DNA of 64,000 nucleotides from an uncultured Bacilli bacterium (GTDB lineage Bacteria > Bacillota_I > Bacilli_A > RFN20 > CAG-449). The position numbers were made by a program, and so were the translations under genes. The stretch lies in NCBI GenBank assembly GCA_947591215.1, contig CANQCZ010000004.1, positions 1,770 through 65,769 on the forward strand, written 5' to 3'. Of this stretch, positions 60,393 to 64,000 are shown piece after piece. Below the pieces are notes generated by a model, which saw only the letters and a list, made by a program, of their open reading frames with translations, did no database searches and had not been told where the DNA came from. Within the stretch, counting starts at the first letter, position 1. Every line of letters begins with the position of its first letter.

Positions 60393-62087
60393 CTAATTAC
60401 TCGTTCTGGCACGAACTTCATTTTTCTTGCCCGATGTAAAACCGTCTAAAATTTCAAGATAACCGCTAACCCGTCTGATATGCGTTACATTTTCACACCC
60501 GCAAATCGGGCACAGATCAAACACCCCGGTGGCATGACAATTGTTGCAACTGTCAAGCGGAAAATTGATGCCGAGATATCTTACCCCCGCTGCAACTGCA
60601 ATTTCAACAAGCTCTTTAAGTCCCTCGTCGTTGCCTATCGGTGCCTCATTTAATTCGATATATGAGATGCTCCCACCATTTGCATAGAGGTGGAACGGTC
60701 CTTCTTTTGTCAGCTTTTCTCTTGCGGAAAGCCCGCTATCTACATTAACATGAAACGAATTTGTATAAAAACCCTTATCAAAGATATCGATATTTGGAGA
60801 AAACATCTTCTTATCCATTTCCGAAAATCTACCGCTTATCAACTCTCCACTTGTAGCAAGCAAAGAAAAGTTCAAATTTAATTTATTTCTTTGTTCGTCG
60901 CAATAGTTTCTCATAAACTTTACAAAATCAATGGCAATACGATAGGATTCATCGTTGGCATAATACCTGCTGCCTGTTATAATCTCGACCATCTCCGAAA
61001 GTCCGATAAATCCGATTGAAAGAGTACCATGTATAAACACATTCTTCGGATCATCGAATGGCACACACCACAATTGTCTTGATCTGTTTACGGGAAACTC
61101 ATCTGCATCGGAAATACATACCTTATGATAGCGATCCACCAAAATTTCGGTAACCATATCCGCTATTTCGGACCACCTCTCTTTTACCTTTGCAATTTTA
61201 TGAACCCACTCAAGATTTGGAAAGTCCCGATCCACTTCAAGAGCAAGTCGAGGAAGATTGATGCTGATATTAGCGATGTTTCCTCTTCCAATTGCCGTTT
61301 TCTCTCCAAATAGATCGTCAACCACACGCGTGCGGCAACCCATTACAGAAAGCTTTTCGGGAGCGACTCCTTCATCGGACGCACAATCGCAAAGAAGATA
61401 TGTCGGAATCATCTTCTTAGCCGAACATAGTAGTGCTTTTTGGAATAAATCAAAGTTGCCGTCTCCCGGATACCTATTGATTCCTTTTACGACCTTAAAC
61501 ACGATATTTGGCTTAAAAGTTGTCGCTCCTACCTTTTCGAATTCATTGATAAGTGCATATGCGATGAACCTCGCGAATTTATTTTTTGCAAGTCCTATAT
61601 TAAGCGTTATGTAATAACTTGTCTGTCCCATTCTTGTATGGGTGTTGCTGCACCAAATAATAAAGTCCCCTATGCATTCGGAGATAATGGCTTCCGTATG
61701 TTTTGAGTGCTTAACGCCGAGTTTAAAAAAAATTGTTGAAAGGTCATTATCGAAATTTGCGAATGCCATCCCACCGGACTGCTCATTTCCCATATCGGCA
61801 AACAACGTTTTAAAATAGCCGAATACCCGTATGATTTTTCCCGTTTCCGATAATCCATCAAACAATTGATATGGAAAATTTTGTAATAGGTTAAATGTCA
61901 AACAATTATAAGTTTTTCCGTAAGCATCTAGGTCATGAATGTGAATGTACCCTTCCGTGTGAAGTTTGGACCATTCTACGGGCAAAGAATCCAAAATTTC
62001 TTTTTTAAACTCTTTTTCGCCTTTATGATACACATAACCTACATAACTTGAGCGATTCGCCGCATTATCATTTGAAACTTGTTTCAT
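60393..62087 (-). CDS. nrdD: anaerobic ribonucleoside-triphosphate reductase (class III, short form without ATP-cone)
   Basis: C-terminal Zn ribbon CNNCHATGVFDLCPICGC followed by the glycyl-radical motif RRVSGYL. Adjacent to the activase. Confidence 0.85.
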   Translation of the reverse strand: MKQVSNDNAANRSSYVGYVYHKGEKEFKKEILDSLPVEWSKLHTEGYIHIHDLDAYGKTYNCLTFNLLQNFPYQLFDGLSETGKIIRVFGYFKTLFADMGNEQSGGMAFANFDNDLSTIFFKLGVKHSKHTEAIISECIGDFIIWCSNTHTRMGQTSYYITLNIGLAKNKFARFIAYALINEFEKVGATTFKPNIVFKVVKGINRYPGDGNFDLFQKALLCSAKKMIPTYLLCDCASDEGVAPEKLSVMGCRTRVVDDLFGEKTAIGRGNIANISINLPRLALEVDRDFPNLEWVHKIAKVKERWSEIADMVTEILVDRYHKVCISDADEFPVNRSRQLWCVPFDDPKNVFIHGTLSIGFIGLSEMVEIITGSRYYANDESYRIAIDFVKFMRNYCDEQRNKLNLNFSLLATSGELISGRFSEMDKKMFSPNIDIFDKGFYTNSFHVNVDSGLSAREKLTKEGPFHLYANGGSISYIELNEAPIGNDEGLKELVEIAVAAGVRYLGINFPLDSCNNCHATGVFDLCPICGCENVTHIRRVSGYLEILDGFTSGKKNEVRARTSN

Positions 62088-63202
62088 TTTTTCTCCCTCA
62101 GATTAATAAATTTTTGATTCGAAGATCCCAAATATGGTCTTGTCGTTGTTTTGTACCTTTCGTCAAATGCACCGATTTTAACGTAATGCAATTTTGACAA
62201 TATTGCTTGTGGTATGTCGGGCATATCATAACCCGTGTACATACAAAAATCAAATTCAGGCAACGCTTCAATTAGATTTTCGATTGCCTTTGCTTGCAAA
62301 AGCGGTTCGCCTCCCGAAAGAGTGATTTTTTTATTGAACGCCGTTTTGCGTATAATCTCTTTCAATTCTCCGACCGAGTATCGCGTGCCGCTTTCAAGCG
62401 GCCAAGTAGATGGGTTGTGACAATTTTTACAATGCCGTTTGCATCCTTGCAAATATATCACTGTTCGTAGCCCCGGTCCATCCACAAGCGACTCATGCTT
62501 CGAAATGGCATTGACATACAGCATCGAACTTTCAAATACTTCTTTCAGACATTTTAAGTTCGGAAGAGCAAGCATCGCTTTACTCGACGGGTGTTCCGTT
62601 ATCAAAATCGGCGTCAGCCCCACTGCTTCCGCTCCCTCGCAATCCTTGTCGATCTTATTCCCTACAAAATAAATTTCCCGACTTGCTCCCATCCCGATCA
62701 ATTCAAGGACTGCAGCAAAAGCTCGTTCCGACGGCTTTCTGTATCCAATATCTGCGCTGGAAATTAATCCTACAAAAAACTTAGATAAATAAAAGGTATC
62801 TAGATATTTTTTCAGTGTTACTGCAGAGAAAATGCTATTGCTAAGTACCGCCATCTTGTAACCACGCTCTTTCAAATAAGAAAGCGTATCAACTGCACCC
62901 TCTGACACTCTTTCCTTTCGGCAACAGATAAATGCCTCCCATTCAATATCTGCATACGATTTGGCAAAATGCTTACCAGTTTTCGTTTCATAAAACTTTA
63001 ACTGATGGACAAAACTTGTCTCACGATTGGTTTTATCTCTATCGCTCATATATTGCGAACGATATTCGGAAGCCAAATCATATATCCGTTTCTTTGCTTC
63101 GCCGAGACGTTCGGCTATGAGATCTAAAACCATATTATAATCGAACTGCTCCGTTTGAAGTAACGTTCCGAATAAGTCAAATAAAATAACTTTATCACTC
63201 AT
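62084..63202 (-). CDS. nrdG: fusion protein: HAD-superfamily hydrolase domain plus anaerobic RNR activating radical-SAM protein
   Basis: Residues 1-~215 are HAD (ILFDLFGTLL, VLSNS, YRKPS, FVGNKIDKD). Residues ~227-372 are NrdG (DGPGLRTVIYLQGCKRHCKNCHNP, ITLSGGEPL, GSSNQKFINL). One uninterrupted frame. No SD precedes the internal Met at 62524. Confidence 0.8.
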   Translation of the reverse strand: MSDKVILFDLFGTLLQTEQFDYNMVLDLIAERLGEAKKRIYDLASEYRSQYMSDRDKTNRETSFVHQLKFYETKTGKHFAKSYADIEWEAFICCRKERVSEGAVDTLSYLKERGYKMAVLSNSIFSAVTLKKYLDTFYLSKFFVGLISSADIGYRKPSERAFAAVLELIGMGASREIYFVGNKIDKDCEGAEAVGLTPILITEHPSSKAMLALPNLKCLKEVFESSMLYVNAISKHESLVDGPGLRTVIYLQGCKRHCKNCHNPSTWPLESGTRYSVGELKEIIRKTAFNKKITLSGGEPLLQAKAIENLIEALPEFDFCMYTGYDMPDIPQAILSKLHYVKIGAFDERYKTTTRPYLGSSNQKFINLREKK

Positions 63203-63221
63203 ATTTGCTCCTTTTTCATGC

Positions 63222-63791
63222 TTATAAGTTCATCATCGTATCCTTTTGGTAATTTCGCATATTCCAATTTTTCACGATCGCTTCATTCATTTTTAAAACG
63301 GACGAAAACGGTATTCTTGTAAGTCTCTTCACTCTCTCGTCACTAAAATGAGTATCGCCTATATAATAGATTATACCTACACCAGATTCTTTTATCTCTT
63401 CAATTTGGCGCATGAAATCTCTTTCCAAAATCTTTGCTCTCTTTTGACGATATCGCAGATTTTTTTTGTCTTTTTCTTTCTCGGATGAAAGCAGATATTG
63501 ATCATCCTGTATCCGTTCGTCAAAGTTTGGGATTCTTCGCTGATCTTGTATATTGTGACAATGCAAATATTGATCTTTTTTGTTTTGTTCTTTTAACAGT
63601 CTGTACTCCGAATACGAAATGCAATTAACTTCCGCAATTGCGTCTTTGTGGTCATGCTTTACACGTCCAAATTTACGAACACGTGTAGCGGCTTCGCTTC
63701 CGTTTTCAGCCATGACAGGAAAAACTATATAAATACACTTGCTTCTTCCAACATGCCCACATTTAGCTTTTACAGAATAATATTTTTTCAT
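63222..63791 (-). CDS. hypothetical KCGHVG-motif protein ending in a truncated metallophosphoesterase N-terminus
   Basis: Residues 1-~90 (KAKCGHVGRSK...RVKHDHKDAI) resemble small uncharacterised proteins I associate with Firmicute mobile DNA. Residues ~140-189, IIYYIGDTHFSDERVKRLTRIPFSSVLKMNEAIVKNWN, form motif I of a phosphoesterase. The ORF stops before motif II. Confidence 0.55.
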   Translation of the reverse strand: MKKYYSVKAKCGHVGRSKCIYIVFPVMAENGSEAATRVRKFGRVKHDHKDAIAEVNCISYSEYRLLKEQNKKDQYLHCHNIQDQRRIPNFDERIQDDQYLLSSEKEKDKKNLRYRQKRAKILERDFMRQIEEIKESGVGIIYYIGDTHFSDERVKRLTRIPFSSVLKMNEAIVKNWNMRNYQKDTMMNL

Positions 63792-63817
63792 TTCTTTTAT
63801 TCTCCTTTTCTACATTA

Positions 63818-63826
63818 ACTATAGCA
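63818..63826 (-). promoter_or_regulatory. extended -10 element (TGCTATAGT) upstream of the operon
   Basis: Minus strand TGcTATAGT, 27 nt upstream of the ATG at 63791, with AAAGGAGA as RBS. No good -35 element. Confidence 0.35.
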
Positions 63827-63909
63827 TCGCCCACATAAATAAAAAATTGCAATTCGAAAAAATTTTTGTTACCAAATATGCATTTTTTATTGATTTTTGC
63901 CGTATAAAT

Positions 63910-63928
63910 TGTTACCATATAGGTAACA
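63910..63928. promoter_or_regulatory. perfect 7-5-7 palindrome TGTTACC-ATATA-GGTAACA (candidate operator)
   Basis: Perfect inverted repeat 13 nt upstream of a plus-strand ATG (63941). A TGTTACCA half-site recurs at 63867-63874. Confidence 0.45.
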
Positions 63929-63940
63929 CAGAGGAAATAT

Positions 63941-64000
63941 ATGAAAGAATTTTGGGTCGAAAATGAACATATTAATTTGAATCTCACTTCTTTAGCGCAA
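63941..64000 (+). CDS. start of a divergent gene (MKEFWVENEHINLNLTSLAQ...), cut by the window edge
   Basis: The ATG is preceded by AGAGGAAA at 6-nt spacing. Only 20 codons are visible. LNLTSLAQ could be the start of an HTH, but this is unproven. Confidence 0.3.
   Translation, partial: MKEFWVENEHINLNLTSLAQ

Larger units (their letters stand above)
52811..63791 (-). other. eight-gene tightly coupled operon in a more GC-rich segment (putative horizontally acquired block)
   Basis: Of the seven gene junctions, four are ATGA start/stop overlaps (54829-32, 55509-12, 58142-45, 62084-87), one is an 8-nt overlap (59799-59806) and two are short gaps (9 and 19 nt). Antisense shadow ORFs here reach 165 aa. 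No shadow ORF in the track upstream of this block exceeds 93 aa. No integrase is present in the window. Confidence 0.5.

Noticed and set aside
63792-63940. Possible NrdR boxes upstream of the nrdDG-containing operon.
   Set aside because: NrdR boxes are 16-bp even palindromes of the form acaCwAtATaTwGtgt, usually in tandem about 31-32 bp apart. The palindrome here, TGTTACCATATAGGTAACA, has odd length and different arms. It lies next to the divergent gene, about 90 nt upstream of the operon's -10 element.
63763-63987. A 74-aa minus-strand ORF spanning the divergent promoter region.
   Set aside because: It overlaps the start of the 63791 gene in another frame and covers the palindromic operator and AT-rich promoter DNA. 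It has no SD, and its peptide is hydrophobic/AT-biased noise.
1-64000. CRISPR arrays, rRNA genes, IS elements, transposases, integrases, and use of genetic code 4 (TGA=Trp).
   Set aside because: I found no regularly spaced direct repeats, no rRNA-like sequence, and no transposase or recombinase motifs in any long ORF. Conserved proteins such as UvrA, SecY, RpoA and the ribosomal proteins are full length under the standard code. TGA serves as the stop at the four ATGA junctions. Code 4 is therefore not supported.

Overview
Low-GC bacterial chromosome segment from a Bacillota/Mycoplasmatota-like organism. All conserved proteins read through under the standard code and TGA is used as a stop, so this is translation table 11, not 4. 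Almost everything lies on the minus strand.

Gene content, in order:
- 1-1.4 kb: two RDD-like membrane proteins.
- 1.5-13.4 kb: an alpha-glucan (pullulan/maltodextrin) utilisation locus. It holds a pullulanase lipoprotein, a GH13 amylase lipoprotein, MalG-like and giant MalF-like permeases, a solute-binding lipoprotein, a small extra lipoprotein and an MsmK-type ATPase.
- 13.7-16.8 kb: the gap-pgk-tpiA glycolytic operon.
- 17-25 kb: clpP, an XRE regulator, whiA, trxB, a ppaX-like gene, lgt, hprK and uvrA.
- 25.36 kb: a lone tRNA-Pro.
- 25.5-33.3 kb: a DUF2156-like gene, yebC, cls, a PHP phosphatase, truA, ecfT/A2/A1 and a dCMP deaminase.
- 33.5-48.0 kb: the complete S10-spc-alpha ribosomal super-operon (rpsJ to rplQ, with secY, adk, map, infA, rpmJ, rpoA). 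It has no rpmD.
- 48.4-51.8 kb: an ApbE / NusG_II / Gx-transporter / two-domain lipoprotein cluster on the plus strand.
- 52.8-63.8 kb: a visibly more GC-rich block.

The GC-rich block is the most unusual part. It carries eight co-directional genes, and the seven gene junctions comprise four ATGA overlaps, one 8-nt overlap and two short gaps (9 and 19 nt). The genes are:
- a small KCGHVG-motif protein with a truncated phosphoesterase tail;
- a HAD::NrdG fusion;
- a short NrdD;
- a thymidylate-kinase-like P-loop kinase;
- three signal-peptide-less BspA-type LRR proteins, one fused to a degenerate AAA_14-like NTPase, one to a GT4 glycosyltransferase plus Sel1 repeats, and one to an unknown N-domain;
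- a calcineurin-like metallophosphoesterase.

I cannot assign this block a function. I flag it as the best candidate for an undescribed system, possibly an intracellular sensor/effector or mobile-element module. The ApbE/PplA-like flavinylation cluster is second.

No rRNA, CRISPR array, transposase or integrase was recognised in the window.
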